Source: a virus
Strand: one strand, 5' to 3'
IMG/VR virus record: IMGVR_UViG_3300029910_000049
Span: 1 to 42,922 of that record
Length of the DNA: 42,922 bases
Each line of letters opens with the position of its first letter. Position 1 is the first letter of the stretch. Below, piece after piece: positions 17,808-27,665 of the stretch. Under the pieces are notes generated by a model. It was not told the DNA's origin. It searched no databases and saw only the letters and a program-made list of their open reading frames with translations. Made by a program: the position numbers and the translations under genes.

Positions 17808-17829
17808 AAAAATGTAGGCACTGCCTACA
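17808..17829 (-). terminator. intrinsic terminator/attenuator hairpin after the sheath gene
   Basis: On the minus strand: TGTAGGCA-G-TGCCTACA followed directly by TTTTT. Effective stem 6-7 bp. Confidence 0.5.
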
Positions 17830-17835
17830 CATAGG

Positions 17836-19350
17836 TTAAATCAGGTTGTGAACGCCATTGATCTTGTTTACGGCGTTGCTCTTGGCATAGATGATCTGGT
17901 AATTAGCCTGCCATTCCGTCGCGCCGCTTCCGTCAACATAAGACGTAAACGTAAGGTTTACCCAATATCCAATGGTTTGCACTTGCGCGGCAACAGTGCT
18001 ATCGCCCGTGATGCTTTGAATATATTGCTTTTGCGTAATCGAAAGCACGTTGCCAACTGAGATAACGCCGTTGTTCAAAGCCGCGTCAATGCTGGCTTGC
18101 AGATTGCCCAGCAACAGAATGCGCCCGGCCGTATTGGCCGGAACTTCCGGCACTGTCAGCTCAAGATTAAACAGATTGCCTTCAACGTCGCCCTTAAACC
18201 ACACCTCATTGAAAAAGGCGGTCATGGATGTTGGCGACGTGCTTCCCCCCATCAGTAGGCCGCGTTGATACACGTTTATAAATTGCCCGTTCACTTGCGT
18301 TTGCGCGTAATAATTTATGCGTAAATTATCGTAAGTTGTTGCATCCGCCAAATCAAAAACAGTTGGGGAAAGTGACGGGTCTTGCTGAAGCATATAGTTT
18401 TGCGAGGCGTTCGGCCCGTCATAGTTGGTTGCTGCCAACACCTTGCCGGGCAGCATCTCCGCATAATCGGTTGCGGTTGCCGTAAGCGTAAGGGCCGTAC
18501 CGGCAAAACCGATAAGCGCAGCCGACCAAGTGGCAGCATTGGCGGCGCTCACAGGCACAAGCAGTCCATAAGCGTTGTTTTGGCCAACGTTCCATTGAGC
18601 GGCTTCTTCATACTGTGCAATATTGAGCGGGTTTGTGCCGGTAAGAAAAAGGAACGTCGCGAAGTTGGTTGAAGCGTTGGTTGAGTTGTTGAGCGTTTGC
18701 GTGATGGTTTCAACATCACTGCCAGCAGCAAGCACGGTGTTTGCGGACAACATACCAAGGGCCAGCCCGATGGTGTTGCTAACATTATTTGTAAAGCTGA
18801 TTGCCCCGGCAGCGGTGCCAGTTGTGCCGCCAGTGATTATAAAATTATCAAACGTTGAGTTATAAACAACCGTTACGGTGCTGAAACCTGCTTCGGCCTG
18901 TAATGCGGTTTGCAGCGTAGCGGCAACGGCGGCAAGGGAACCGTCCGCCGCAAAGCTAACCCCTGTAAGCGCGGCCGATGCCGCACCTATTGTAATTTCC
19001 AGCTCTCCGGCAACAATAGCGTTTAGCGCCGTAAGCGAAGCGGTAGCGGCTGGATCACCATATGCTTGTGGCGCGCTGGCAGCTTCAACCCAACGTGCAA
19101 AGCTGATAAGTTGCGGCGAAGTTCCCTGCTTGCTTATCCAAGGCAAATAAGGCGCGGCGCGCAAATATTCTTCGCTTGCGGTGCCGAAATAATCACCGAT
19201 GACTTCGATGTTGCTTTCCTGCAAAAACGATTTGGGCGGCAGCTTTGGATTTGTGGTGAAGATGCGCGTAACAAGAGCGCGTTCCGGTACTTCGCCCGTG
19301 CCGCCTTCGCTTGAGGTAACGTCAATGTAATAGGTAAACGGTACGGCCAT
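17836..19350 (-). CDS. contractile tail sheath protein (DUF3383-like)
   Basis: 504 aa, N-terminus MAVPFTYYIDVTS. Sits upstream of the tube gene. Confidence 0.8.
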   Translation of the reverse strand: MAVPFTYYIDVTSSEGGTGEVPERALVTRIFTTNPKLPPKSFLQESNIEVIGDYFGTASEEYLRAAPYLPWISKQGTSPQLISFARWVEAASAPQAYGDPAATASLTALNAIVAGELEITIGAASAALTGVSFAADGSLAAVAATLQTALQAEAGFSTVTVVYNSTFDNFIITGGTTGTAAGAISFTNNVSNTIGLALGMLSANTVLAAGSDVETITQTLNNSTNASTNFATFLFLTGTNPLNIAQYEEAAQWNVGQNNAYGLLVPVSAANAATWSAALIGFAGTALTLTATATDYAEMLPGKVLAATNYDGPNASQNYMLQQDPSLSPTVFDLADATTYDNLRINYYAQTQVNGQFINVYQRGLLMGGSTSPTSMTAFFNEVWFKGDVEGNLFNLELTVPEVPANTAGRILLLGNLQASIDAALNNGVISVGNVLSITQKQYIQSITGDSTVAAQVQTIGYWVNLTFTSYVDGSGATEWQANYQIIYAKSNAVNKINGVHNLI

Positions 19351-19361
19351 GGCGCGGGCTC

Positions 19362-19922
19362 CTAGTTGAGTGGGTACAGGGTGACAGTCACCTTGTCGAT
19401 AGATGGATTTAGACTTGTATTTACTTCACAATAAACGAAAGAGCAATCAAAAGTGGGGGCTTCTTCAAAGCGGTTTTTGTCATCTTTGAAATGGGTTTTA
19501 CGAATTTGCTTGATCCGTTCAACAGCCAAGCCGTTACTGCGCAACCATAAGCGCGTTGCGTCACTATTCAAGATGAACGCCGCGTATTTAACCAAATCGC
19601 CAACGGCCAAAGCATCAGGGTCTATTGTATCCGCAATAGATGTTGCCGATACTTGACACATGGGAATATATAGTTGGCTCTCGCTATGCAGCATTGATCC
19701 TGCAACGCTAGTCGCTATATCGCTACGTCCTGGATAGCCGTATCGCTGTTGATCGTCAAAATGCACATAAATTGTTGGATTGCTAGGCGTGCCTTGTGTC
19801 AACGGTTGATAACGCTGTTTAACGGAAACGCCGCCAGCAACAGGAGCAAGGGCAATTCCCATAGCGGTTAGCCCTGTTTGCAAAGCCTGAATAACCAACG
19901 TGTATAATTGCGCTTCCGTCAT
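19362..19922 (-). CDS. tail completion / terminator-like protein (186 aa)
   Basis: Lies between the neck genes and the sheath. Called from position only. Confidence 0.45.
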   Translation of the reverse strand: MTEAQLYTLVIQALQTGLTAMGIALAPVAGGVSVKQRYQPLTQGTPSNPTIYVHFDDQQRYGYPGRSDIATSVAGSMLHSESQLYIPMCQVSATSIADTIDPDALAVGDLVKYAAFILNSDATRLWLRSNGLAVERIKQIRKTHFKDDKNRFEEAPTFDCSFVYCEVNTSLNPSIDKVTVTLYPLN

Positions 19923-20284
19923 TTTATCTTGACTGCCAAGGTATCAAGAAAGCCTTGCGGGCGTTTCCAGTCATCGTTAGATACCAACTCATATAGCGTT
20001 CCCGCATATATAAATCTGTCAGCTTCCTTATCGCGCTGCAAATCGCCCATGAAACAAGAGGCATAAACTCGAACATAATCCTTTTGAAAATCCAAGCCTA
20101 GATAAACAAATTGCGCGTGCGGAACGGGCTGAACTTGGGCAGGAAACTTAACTGGCGCAGCATATACCGGCACGTCAATACCGGCCGCGTTTTGCGCACG
20201 GCTGACAAAGCGCAATAAGGTAATCTCCTGACTGCCTACAACTGCCATCGCGCGCTTTAAAATGCCGCCCCCTAAGATTGCCAT
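19919..20284 (-). CDS. head-tail joining (neck) protein (121 aa)
   Basis: 4-nt coupled with its neighbours in the connector module. Confidence 0.45.
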   Translation of the reverse strand: MAILGGGILKRAMAVVGSQEITLLRFVSRAQNAAGIDVPVYAAPVKFPAQVQPVPHAQFVYLGLDFQKDYVRVYASCFMGDLQRDKEADRFIYAGTLYELVSNDDWKRPQGFLDTLAVKIK

Positions 20285-20799
20285 TATTCTAGCTCTCCTA
20301 ACGTCTCGTTTGTGCCGGTTTGATGCGTTACATTGGCTTGCATGTTGCCGCTGTCAACAAGCGGCTTTGCCAAACTATCGGTTATTTGCACACCATATCC
20401 GCCAGCCCGGCGCCAACGCGCAAGAATAGTAGCAGGAGCAAGCATAGGCTCTTTGACGCTGGCAATTTGCGCGCGCACGTCACCGGCAACTTTGCCGCCC
20501 AAACGCTCCAAAGCCGCGTACATAGTGCTGCCTTTAAGCACGGTTTTTGCCAGACTTCCGGCAAGTGTTCTGTACTCGCCTGTTTTGGCGCGCAGCATGG
20601 TCCGCAAGCCCATGCGCGGCGGAATGTTCTTTGGCGCATACCCAAACTCATGTATAGCCGCAACGTAAGCGGATGGCACGCCATCAGGCTCATGCGCCGT
20701 CTTAAACCAGCCGACACGCGATTGCATCCCGTTCGCCTCGCCGAGCGCCTTGAGCACCTGTGTGCCCGGCCCAACGGTGCGTGTAACCCGTGTGGGCAT
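20284..20799 (-). CDS. HK97 gp10-like head-tail connector protein
   Basis: AAIHEFGYAPKNIPPRMGLR contains the HEFG motif typical of the gp10 family. Confidence 0.6.
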   Translation of the reverse strand: MPTRVTRTVGPGTQVLKALGEANGMQSRVGWFKTAHEPDGVPSAYVAAIHEFGYAPKNIPPRMGLRTMLRAKTGEYRTLAGSLAKTVLKGSTMYAALERLGGKVAGDVRAQIASVKEPMLAPATILARWRRAGGYGVQITDSLAKPLVDSGNMQANVTHQTGTNETLGELE

Positions 20800-21272
20800 C
20801 AGCCGCCCGGCCAGAAGCCGCCCCCTGCACGCCGGAACCCGCCTAGCGGCCCTTCACCCCCGCCGCCTATGAAGAAGCCGCCAACGGCCTTGCGCTTGAG
20901 CAGAGCAAGCAGAGCGGCGCCATAGGGCGTTTGGTTAAGCCACCATTGAAATTGATTTTTGGCAGGCGGCGGCAAAAGCGTGACGCTCACGCTGCCGACA
21001 CGCGCCGCCGTGGTGATGCCGGGTACGCTTCCGTCATTCTCCGCAACCAATACGTTTAGCGCAATTAAATGCGCCGTCATTTGATATAGCGCTGTTAACC
21101 TAGCAGTACCGTTAAGAACGCCGCAATTGCTGTCACTAATATAAATTGTGGCCGTTGCATATTGCATATTAATCACTGCATCGGGAAACGCAACCGGGTT
21201 TGCAAACACCGGGAACATGGCACGAAAATCTGCTATCGTAAGCGTAAGAATTGCAGGCAAATTTTCGGCCAT
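20799..21272 (-). CDS. head-tail adaptor, DUF4054-like
   Basis: ATG 21272 (MAENLP...) follows TAAGGGAG. FRAMFPVF...AHLIAL pattern with a Gly-rich tail. The longer ORF to 21320 overlaps the upstream gene. Confidence 0.5.
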   Translation of the reverse strand: MAENLPAILTLTIADFRAMFPVFANPVAFPDAVINMQYATATIYISDSNCGVLNGTARLTALYQMTAHLIALNVLVAENDGSVPGITTAARVGSVSVTLLPPPAKNQFQWWLNQTPYGAALLALLKRKAVGGFFIGGGGEGPLGGFRRAGGGFWPGG

Positions 21273-21285
21273 GAAGAATGCTCCC

Positions 21286-21648
21286 TTACGCGATAGCGCC
21301 AGTCTTCGGCGCCGTCTCAAAATCGGCTGGTGTTTTCGGTGCGCTTCCGTCTTTCGCTTTCATGCCAGCCGCCACTTTGGCCGGAGCTGTTTTGGCTTTG
21401 GACAAGATCATAAACCCGGCCTTAACGTGACGCTCGAAAGCCTCATGCTGCGATAGCCAGTCAGCATCTTCCTGGCTTATTTCGGTGCCTACACTTGAAG
21501 GCGTGTATAGCGTCTTGGCGCTATCAGGCACGTTGGCGCGGCCATTGACTGTCACGCGGCGAATAACAGGGGGGCGGCCCCCAGGAGGCGATGCTCCATA
21601 CTCAACATAATCTGTGTTGTTTGTCGAAGTCGAATAAACGAAAGGCAT
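21286..21648 (-). CDS. hypothetical head-associated protein (120 aa)
   Basis: ATG preceded by GGAGACTGAA. First gene after the capsid-gene terminator. Confidence 0.6.
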   Translation of the reverse strand: MPFVYSTSTNNTDYVEYGASPPGGRPPVIRRVTVNGRANVPDSAKTLYTPSSVGTEISQEDADWLSQHEAFERHVKAGFMILSKAKTAPAKVAAGMKAKDGSAPKTPADFETAPKTGAIA

Positions 21649-21660
21649 TTCAGTCTCCTA

Positions 21661-21691
21661 GAAAAATGGCCGGGCTTTTATACCCGGCCAT
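21661..21691 (-). terminator. rho-independent terminator/attenuator after the major capsid gene
   Basis: On the minus strand: ATGGCCGGG-tataaaag-CCCGGCCAT followed by TTTTC. 9-bp stem. Confidence 0.7.
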
Positions 21692-21717
21692 CGTTTAACG
21701 CAACGTCGCGGCCGGTA

Positions 21718-22836
21718 TCAGATACCGAAGTAACGCAGCACGGCGTAAGGGCGCTTAAGCATCGCGCCAGCGGTGGCATTGCTGAAATCTTCAACAAAGC
21801 CTTTCGCCCGTTGCTCAATACCCAAAACCATAAACTTGGATGGCACAACCTGCACCCAAGTCTTTTTGTCATCCGTGCCGCCGTCTTCAACGCTTTCCGC
21901 AAACAGGTAGAAAACGTTATCGCTGCTGTGCGCGTTGTTAAGCTCAGGCGCATCGACAACCCGGCAATTCGGATAGGTTTCGCTCAACCACTTTTGCACG
22001 GAATAGCCGAACTCCGTTGACGTGTTGAGATAATCCACAGCATCGGACGCAATCGCCAAAGTGGTGGGCGTCTTCTTCGGATCAATGTTCGCGCCGGACG
22101 CGGCGCGAAGCGCGGCGAAGGCCGTGAGCAAATCCTGCTGAATTGCCAGATACGCCTTACTCGCCCATGTGGTTAAACCACCGGTGCCCGTCGCTGCCAC
22201 TTCCACATAATTGGATAGGTTTGGATCATTCAGGAAGCCAAACGTATAGTTGAGCCCGCTGTTATATCCGAAGAAGCCAACGGAATTGCGCTGGATTTCC
22301 AGCCCAACGGTTGCAGCCTGCCGCTTCTGGTCAGCCGAGCTGACTTTGATGCGCGCCGCGCGGCTTTCTTCAAGCAGCGCAACGCTCATGCCCTGTTCAA
22401 AACGCACAACCGTGCGCGTGTTGAAATTGACGTTCCAAGACGAAAGCGGCACGTTCGTGTAATCGCCATACGGAACGGCGCCGGTCATCGGCTCCATAAC
22501 ACCTTGGACAATCTCTTCGTCTTCCCATTGGCCCGCCGTGGTGATGCCGATAATCTCATCAATCTTGCGAACATTGGTGATAATCTCGACAAAACCGGGA
22601 AGCCAGTTTTGCAAGAACTGCACCGGATTTGTGATGGACGGCGTGGTGATCGGCCCTTGCAGTGCATCCATGCCGGTTTCGGCGGAAGCATATGCGGCCA
22701 TCATGTCGCGCACGTCGCGCGGCGTAATATGCACACCGATTTTTGCGAGGGATGCATATTCGCTGGCATCGAAACCGACAAGCGGGCGGACGTTTCGCGC
22801 GCTAATATGGCTATGTAGTTCTGAAACGTGAGGCAT
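21718..22836 (-). CDS. major capsid protein (DUF2184-like, HK97-fold lineage)
   Basis: 372 aa, downstream of the scaffold and decoration genes and followed by a strong hairpin. Family call is from memory of the N-terminal and central sequence pattern. Confidence 0.75.
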   Translation of the reverse strand: MPHVSELHSHISARNVRPLVGFDASEYASLAKIGVHITPRDVRDMMAAYASAETGMDALQGPITTPSITNPVQFLQNWLPGFVEIITNVRKIDEIIGITTAGQWEDEEIVQGVMEPMTGAVPYGDYTNVPLSSWNVNFNTRTVVRFEQGMSVALLEESRAARIKVSSADQKRQAATVGLEIQRNSVGFFGYNSGLNYTFGFLNDPNLSNYVEVAATGTGGLTTWASKAYLAIQQDLLTAFAALRAASGANIDPKKTPTTLAIASDAVDYLNTSTEFGYSVQKWLSETYPNCRVVDAPELNNAHSSDNVFYLFAESVEDGGTDDKKTWVQVVPSKFMVLGIEQRAKGFVEDFSNATAGAMLKRPYAVLRYFGI

Positions 22837-22860
22837 AAACTTAACCTTTCTATTAGAGCG

Positions 22861-22901
22861 CGAAACGAAAACCGATGCAGACAGCCGTTAGGTTGTCTGC
22901 A
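22861..22901 (-). terminator. hairpin plus U-rich tract spanning the stop of the decoration gene
   Basis: On the minus strand: TGCAGACA-acctaacggc-TGTCTGCA, then tcggttttcgtttcg. Confidence 0.4.
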
Positions 22902-23406
22902 CAATCTGGCCGGTGAGGCGAATGACACCAATGCCTGCACCCGCTACCGTGAACAGGTCAACGATGGCACCGGGAATGAGCGCGCTCCCGCCAGGAACGG
23001 CGCTACCAGATGCGACCGTGGCAAGCGCTCCCGTTGTGGTGTTATAGATCACGTTATCGCCAATGGCGGCGGCTGCCGGGAGCGTCACAACCAAGCCGCC
23101 TGGGCATGTGGTGCAAAGCTCGCCCTGTGTGCCATCGGGCAGCGTGAGCGTGGGGGAGAGCGCGCCGGAATTGCCGCCAGCCGTGGCGTAGCTCTTCGGA
23201 TTGACCAGAATGCCAGCGAAGAGGCCGGACCCGCCAGCGGACGCCGTGCCTTGACCTGTGACGGTGTAGGCAGTCGCGCCAACAATGTTCGGCTCCCCGC
23301 TGCTTTCCAGCACAAACGAGGTTGCTACCATCGGGCCGTCGCGGTACGGCTCGCCGGGCACACCCAGCGAAAAACCGGCGTTAACTGAACTTTGAAAACC
23401 GGGCAT
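22888..23406 (-). CDS. head decoration / cement-like protein (172 aa)
   Basis: Gly/Ala/Thr-rich, beta-type sequence, between the scaffold and capsid genes. Confidence 0.5.
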   Translation of the reverse strand: MPGFQSSVNAGFSLGVPGEPYRDGPMVATSFVLESSGEPNIVGATAYTVTGQGTASAGGSGLFAGILVNPKSYATAGGNSGALSPTLTLPDGTQGELCTTCPGGLVVTLPAAAAIGDNVIYNTTTGALATVASGSAVPGGSALIPGAIVDLFTVAGAGIGVIRLTGQIVQTT

Positions 23407-23451
23407 TGCACAAATCCTTATATCAAAACGGCGTTACGGAAATGGCGCTGC

Positions 23452-24813
23452 CTATTTGGCTTTGCCGGACACATAAGCATCAACGCTACCGGACTTACCG
23501 GCCGCTGCGTCCATGCCCGAAACAGTAGCGTGCGCTGGCGTGCGGCCGTGGAGCCACGCCGTTACGGAAGCATGTTCCTGGCCCGCTATGGTGGGGATTT
23601 TCAGCTTTTCAACACCGTATTTCGCCACTTCCGCAAGCGTCATGTCGCGGGCATCAAAATTGCCCACAAACCCGGAAAGCTGCTTGGCCAAATCGTCACG
23701 CTGTCCAAGTTCGGCCAACATGGCTTTGGGCGTAACCAGTCCGGCCGTAGCGGCGGCGATACCTTCCGCAACCAGCCGCTTGACTTCCGCCGCGTCCATA
23801 CCGCCAGCGGGCGGCGGCACGGCGCCAGCGTCAACGGCCGCAACCGGAACGCCTTTCTTTTTCATCATCGGCTTGCCATCTGCGCCCATCATCGGCTTGC
23901 CTTGGGCGTCCATGGCCGGTTCCATGTCATCAGACATCGGATCAGCATTGCCCGCGCCCATGCTCTGGATTGCGGCCATCAGCTCAGAAACCTGCGGCCC
24001 GATTGCTTTGATCGCTGCCACGCAATCAGCAATTGTCGGCTCCGCTGCGTCCGGCTCTTTATCGGCTTCCGCTTCCGCCGCGTCCATACCAGCCAACACG
24101 GTAGCGGACGGCAGAACGATCTTGCCTTTCACAACGGTGGGGAGACCGGACAGCCAAGCTTTCACGCGCTTGTCGTTAACTTTGGTTTTCATAAGTACAA
24201 AATCCTTTCCATCAAAACTAACTACATCCACGCAATCAACGCTATCCATAACCGCAATGTCCGGACCGCTTCTACCGTCCGGCACGCTTTGGTCATTCAT
24301 CCGGCCTTCCGGCACGCTGGCGCCGTGATTGAACCTTATATTACGCTGTACGCAATCGTAAGGCTGCCCGTTGAATACGCCCGGCGTCCAATCGTATTTG
24401 CAACGGTAGCCAAGTGACAGGTCCATTAGACCCTTATCGACATCTTGCGCAAGCGAATTAGAAAAACATTTAATATTGCTAAACAGCGTGGCCAAGTCAC
24501 TGTCAAAAACAACATTCTCCCCGATAACACCATGCACACCTTTAATCTCTGGCGGTGTGTATCCGGTAATCGCGGTTGACGTTTCCGGCGTATTGCCCGC
24601 CAACATCGTATGAGCTTTGATCCAAGGCAAAAGCCGCAAAGACGCCATTGTTTCCGGCGAGGCAAGTTCTGCCGCTGGCCGGTAAACCATATACATCTTG
24701 TCAGGATCAGGTGCGCGGATGCTAGAGCCACGGAACGGAAACACGCCAGCCTTTGACAGCGGATTGCGCGGTATTTCGTACCAGCCGTTAGCGTCAAATT
24801 TCCGTGCGCTCAA
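23452..24813 (-). CDS. prohead scaffold/protease-like protein (DUF2213-like)
   Basis: N-terminal ...GWYEIPRNPLSKAGVFPFRG...VYRPAAEL...LPWIKAHT pattern. Acidic, Ala/Met-rich helical C-terminal half. Confidence 0.6.
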   Translation of the reverse strand: MSARKFDANGWYEIPRNPLSKAGVFPFRGSSIRAPDPDKMYMVYRPAAELASPETMASLRLLPWIKAHTMLAGNTPETSTAITGYTPPEIKGVHGVIGENVVFDSDLATLFSNIKCFSNSLAQDVDKGLMDLSLGYRCKYDWTPGVFNGQPYDCVQRNIRFNHGASVPEGRMNDQSVPDGRSGPDIAVMDSVDCVDVVSFDGKDFVLMKTKVNDKRVKAWLSGLPTVVKGKIVLPSATVLAGMDAAEAEADKEPDAAEPTIADCVAAIKAIGPQVSELMAAIQSMGAGNADPMSDDMEPAMDAQGKPMMGADGKPMMKKKGVPVAAVDAGAVPPPAGGMDAAEVKRLVAEGIAAATAGLVTPKAMLAELGQRDDLAKQLSGFVGNFDARDMTLAEVAKYGVEKLKIPTIAGQEHASVTAWLHGRTPAHATVSGMDAAAGKSGSVDAYVSGKAK

Positions 24814-24870
24814 TTTTCAAACCTCTTGCTATTTCGTCATATAGCAGTCTTGCCGAGCCGTGAAAAGGAA

Positions 24871-25821
24871 TTATTGCCCGTCGCTGTCAGCAGATTTAAA
24901 CAAATCATCCAGTATTGGCGTAAATGTGCAACGGCAATTTGGCTCTTCGCCTGTTTGCACGTAATTGCCGCCGTCATCGCCAACGGGCGCCCCATCAGCT
25001 AACAAAAACGATTTGCCGTCATAACCTTCATGCAGCGGTCTAGGATGCAGCGAACCGCCGCTGTGTACCCATGTACCGCGCGTAACGCCAACGGCAGACA
25101 TGCGGCCATAGTTTAAACCATTAAACGTCTTGCGCGTTTGATCGAGCGCGGTATTGTATGCCCAATTTTTCGTTTGATTTCCGAACTTATATAAAAACGG
25201 CTGCAAATCAGCTATACCTTTGCCGGACATAATTGACTTCATAACAGCGTCATTTACGGTGTTTATATATCGTTCAGGTATAGACTGGATAAAATCTGCC
25301 GCGCGCTTAACGGAAGCTTTTAAAATTTCAATATTAGCAGCGCCAAGCTTAGATGGATCAAGCGCAAGGGTTTGACCTATATCTAATAAGCTGGCTTCAG
25401 TTTGCTGCTTACTGTTAGCGTTAGCGTCCGCGACCATGCTAGCAGCTAACGAAACTGACAGCGCGCCGAACAATTTATCAAATTGCCTTTTAAACAGATT
25501 TGTTAGTATGCGCGCTTGACTGCCTACACTGGCGTCTTCCCCCGTCTCGCTATGCAAACTTGATATATGGCCGCGCATGTCTTCTGTGCGAAACAGTGCA
25601 GCTAGTTTGGTGTTTACCTCTTGTATCATCTGATCAACATGACGTTCTATAACGGAGGTAAAGCGGTCTTCCATACCAGCACTAATACGCAGCGGCTTAC
25701 CTTTAGCGAAACCTTTAGCGTCAACACCATGTGCGGCAAATAACTTATCAAAATCAACCGGCTTGCCGCTTATCATAAGCGTCTTAAGCGGATCATACTT
25801 AAGCGGAAAGCGCTTACTCAT
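24871..25821 (-). CDS. head morphogenesis protein, MuF/SPP1 gp7-like
   Basis: C-terminal HPRPLHEGYDGKSF ... EEPNCRCTFTPI motif. Follows the portal gene. Confidence 0.75.
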   Translation of the reverse strand: MSKRFPLKYDPLKTLMISGKPVDFDKLFAAHGVDAKGFAKGKPLRISAGMEDRFTSVIERHVDQMIQEVNTKLAALFRTEDMRGHISSLHSETGEDASVGSQARILTNLFKRQFDKLFGALSVSLAASMVADANANSKQQTEASLLDIGQTLALDPSKLGAANIEILKASVKRAADFIQSIPERYINTVNDAVMKSIMSGKGIADLQPFLYKFGNQTKNWAYNTALDQTRKTFNGLNYGRMSAVGVTRGTWVHSGGSLHPRPLHEGYDGKSFLLADGAPVGDDGGNYVQTGEEPNCRCTFTPILDDLFKSADSDGQ

Positions 25822-25843
25822 GCGGCCTAAACCTTCTAGTTAA

Positions 25844-26029
25844 TTATAAAATTTCATCCGCCAGCGTCATTGCATCTTCTATTGGCATCTCATGGCGAAC
25901 ATGCATCAACGTCGCATAGCCGTTTGGTGCAGCAGTCGCGAGACCTATCAAAATTATCGTTTCCGCGCCAGCTTCGCTTGCCTTAAATAGAGCGGCCATT
26001 ATCGGTCCGGTTTCCATCCCCACGCCCAT
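25844..26029 (-). CDS. small hypothetical protein (61 aa)
   Basis: ATG 26029 lies 1 nt after the portal stop (TAGAATG). The longer 132-aa form would overlap the portal gene by about 210 nt. Confidence 0.4.
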   Translation of the reverse strand: MGVGMETGPIMAALFKASEAGAETIILIGLATAAPNGYATLMHVRHEMPIEDAMTLADEIL

Positions 26030-26030
26030 T

Positions 26031-27653
26031 CTAGGCGCCCGGCGTTGGCGCAACGTGTGGAACTTGCGGCCGTGGCGGCTTAGGTAGAGCGGCGGCAACG
26101 CTGCCCGGTGCGGCCTCCGGGTCCGCCGGATCACCGTTGCCCGCTGCGCCACCATGCGAGGCCAGAGACGGCGCCAGAGCGCCGGGCGGCAACGCAGGCG
26201 GATTTTCTGGCAGCCCGTTGAAGCCGCTGTCAGGGTCCGCAATTACACGCTTGCGCACGTCCTGGCCGTCAATTGCACCTGTGGCAACCAATGCTGTGTC
26301 ACGCTGCGCCAGCAACAATTGCAATTGCGCCTTTTCGAGCGCGGTCATTGCATCCAGCGGCTTCCAAACAGCCGTTACCGTAAATGGTGCAACATCTGGA
26401 AAACGATGCAGTACGTCGCTTTTTATAACCAACTGGTGATGACGCTCAACCATTGGCGTCAAATCGTTTTCCTGTAAGCTTTCCAAGCTTTCATGGTAGC
26501 TCGCTTCTTCATACTCCCCCGTGGAGTTGAAACCCTTTGGCTGCGTTCCCAGTAGTTTTGTACCAGGAACTTCCGCAATCGCAGCGGCAAGCTGATACTG
26601 CGTCATTATCAAATTATCCATATCATTAAGCGACGTTTCAAATTGCTTAATCTCTTCGTCTTCACCCGAAACTTTAATGCCGTAGTTGTCGCGATAACCG
26701 GCCCATATTTCCATTTTCTTCGCAAACTCGGCCGGATTAGCAACCGCTTCCGCAACATCTGTGGTGATAGTTGTTAGACGCTTGGTCATCGCCAACATTG
26801 GCGCCTCATTTGCTGTGCGCTCCGCTGCATAAACGCGCTCATAAATGCGTTGCGGTATGCTCACGCCGCCATAGTAATAGGCGGGCTTCAGCACGTCCGC
26901 TACCACGCCGGTTGTAAAAATGCACAAATGCGTGTGGTGATACGTCTTAGACCCTATCTGCCAGAAAGTGGGTTGATAAAAGCGCGGGTCCGAAGGGTCC
27001 ATAGTATTATTGTTGGTTAGAAGCGGAACCATCCAATAAGGATCAACTTGCGATATTCCCTTATAGCTACCTGGCGCTATACCATCAATATTGAACGGCT
27101 TCTTGTAATAATCAGGGTCATCAGACTGCACCACAAATATTGCCACACGAATGCCGAAACCGCGCCCGAAACGCACAAATTCCTTAAGGTGCTTTTTGAT
27201 CTTATAGTCTTTATCTTTCTGCCGCATATAATCCAATACAGGCGCGTGCAGCTTAACAGCATCGTTTACGGTTATCTCATAACCGTTTCGCACAGCATCG
27301 CGGCCCGGCATTGAACAGGCTTTGTCAATCAACCAGTTTTGCATAAGAATTGCTGATAACTGATAACCGATAAAGTTCTGATTTAAAAACCATCCTGCCG
27401 TTGTATTGCCTATAGCGCCAACTGGATTTAGGCCACCTTTAACGCTAGGCGTTCCATCGCTGCCGTCAAAGCCAATATCTTCATTTGTTAAACCGTTCTC
27501 CCATCCTAGGGTGGCAACAGGCAACTTTATAAGCGGCAGCTCAAACAACGGCTTTCCCTCATCGCGCCGGTTGAATATGCTAAGCGGGGAGCTGAAAAAG
27601 CCAGCCGCCCGTTTGATAGGCGCCGCCGCTCTGCTAAACAACTTTTCAAACAT
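26031..27653 (-). CDS. portal protein (DUF1073-like)
   Basis: 540 aa, directly downstream of the large terminase. Pro/Ala-rich C-terminal tail. Confidence 0.8.
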   Translation of the reverse strand: MFEKLFSRAAAPIKRAAGFFSSPLSIFNRRDEGKPLFELPLIKLPVATLGWENGLTNEDIGFDGSDGTPSVKGGLNPVGAIGNTTAGWFLNQNFIGYQLSAILMQNWLIDKACSMPGRDAVRNGYEITVNDAVKLHAPVLDYMRQKDKDYKIKKHLKEFVRFGRGFGIRVAIFVVQSDDPDYYKKPFNIDGIAPGSYKGISQVDPYWMVPLLTNNNTMDPSDPRFYQPTFWQIGSKTYHHTHLCIFTTGVVADVLKPAYYYGGVSIPQRIYERVYAAERTANEAPMLAMTKRLTTITTDVAEAVANPAEFAKKMEIWAGYRDNYGIKVSGEDEEIKQFETSLNDMDNLIMTQYQLAAAIAEVPGTKLLGTQPKGFNSTGEYEEASYHESLESLQENDLTPMVERHHQLVIKSDVLHRFPDVAPFTVTAVWKPLDAMTALEKAQLQLLLAQRDTALVATGAIDGQDVRKRVIADPDSGFNGLPENPPALPPGALAPSLASHGGAAGNGDPADPEAAPGSVAAALPKPPRPQVPHVAPTPGA

Positions 27654-27665
27654 GATGCGTGTTCC

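Noticed and set aside
20320-20925. 201-aa and 111-aa plus-strand ORFs, and a 130-aa minus-strand ORF, overlapping the gp10-like gene
   Set aside because: Alternative frames of a GC-rich gene. Only the 20284..20799 frame carries the HEFG motif and start/stop coupling.
23392-24417. Long plus-strand ORFs (341 aa and 271 aa) antisense to the scaffold/protease gene
   Set aside because: No RBS. Arg/His/Ser-rich, low-complexity translations. They lie entirely inside a minus-strand gene with recognisable motifs and operon context. These are typical shadow ORFs of GC-rich coding DNA.
25844-26242. 132-aa form of the ORF overlapping the portal 3' end
   Set aside because: The first ~70 codons are an Arg-rich shadow of the portal's Pro/Ala-rich tail. 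An ATG one nt after the portal stop gives a plausible 61-aa product instead.
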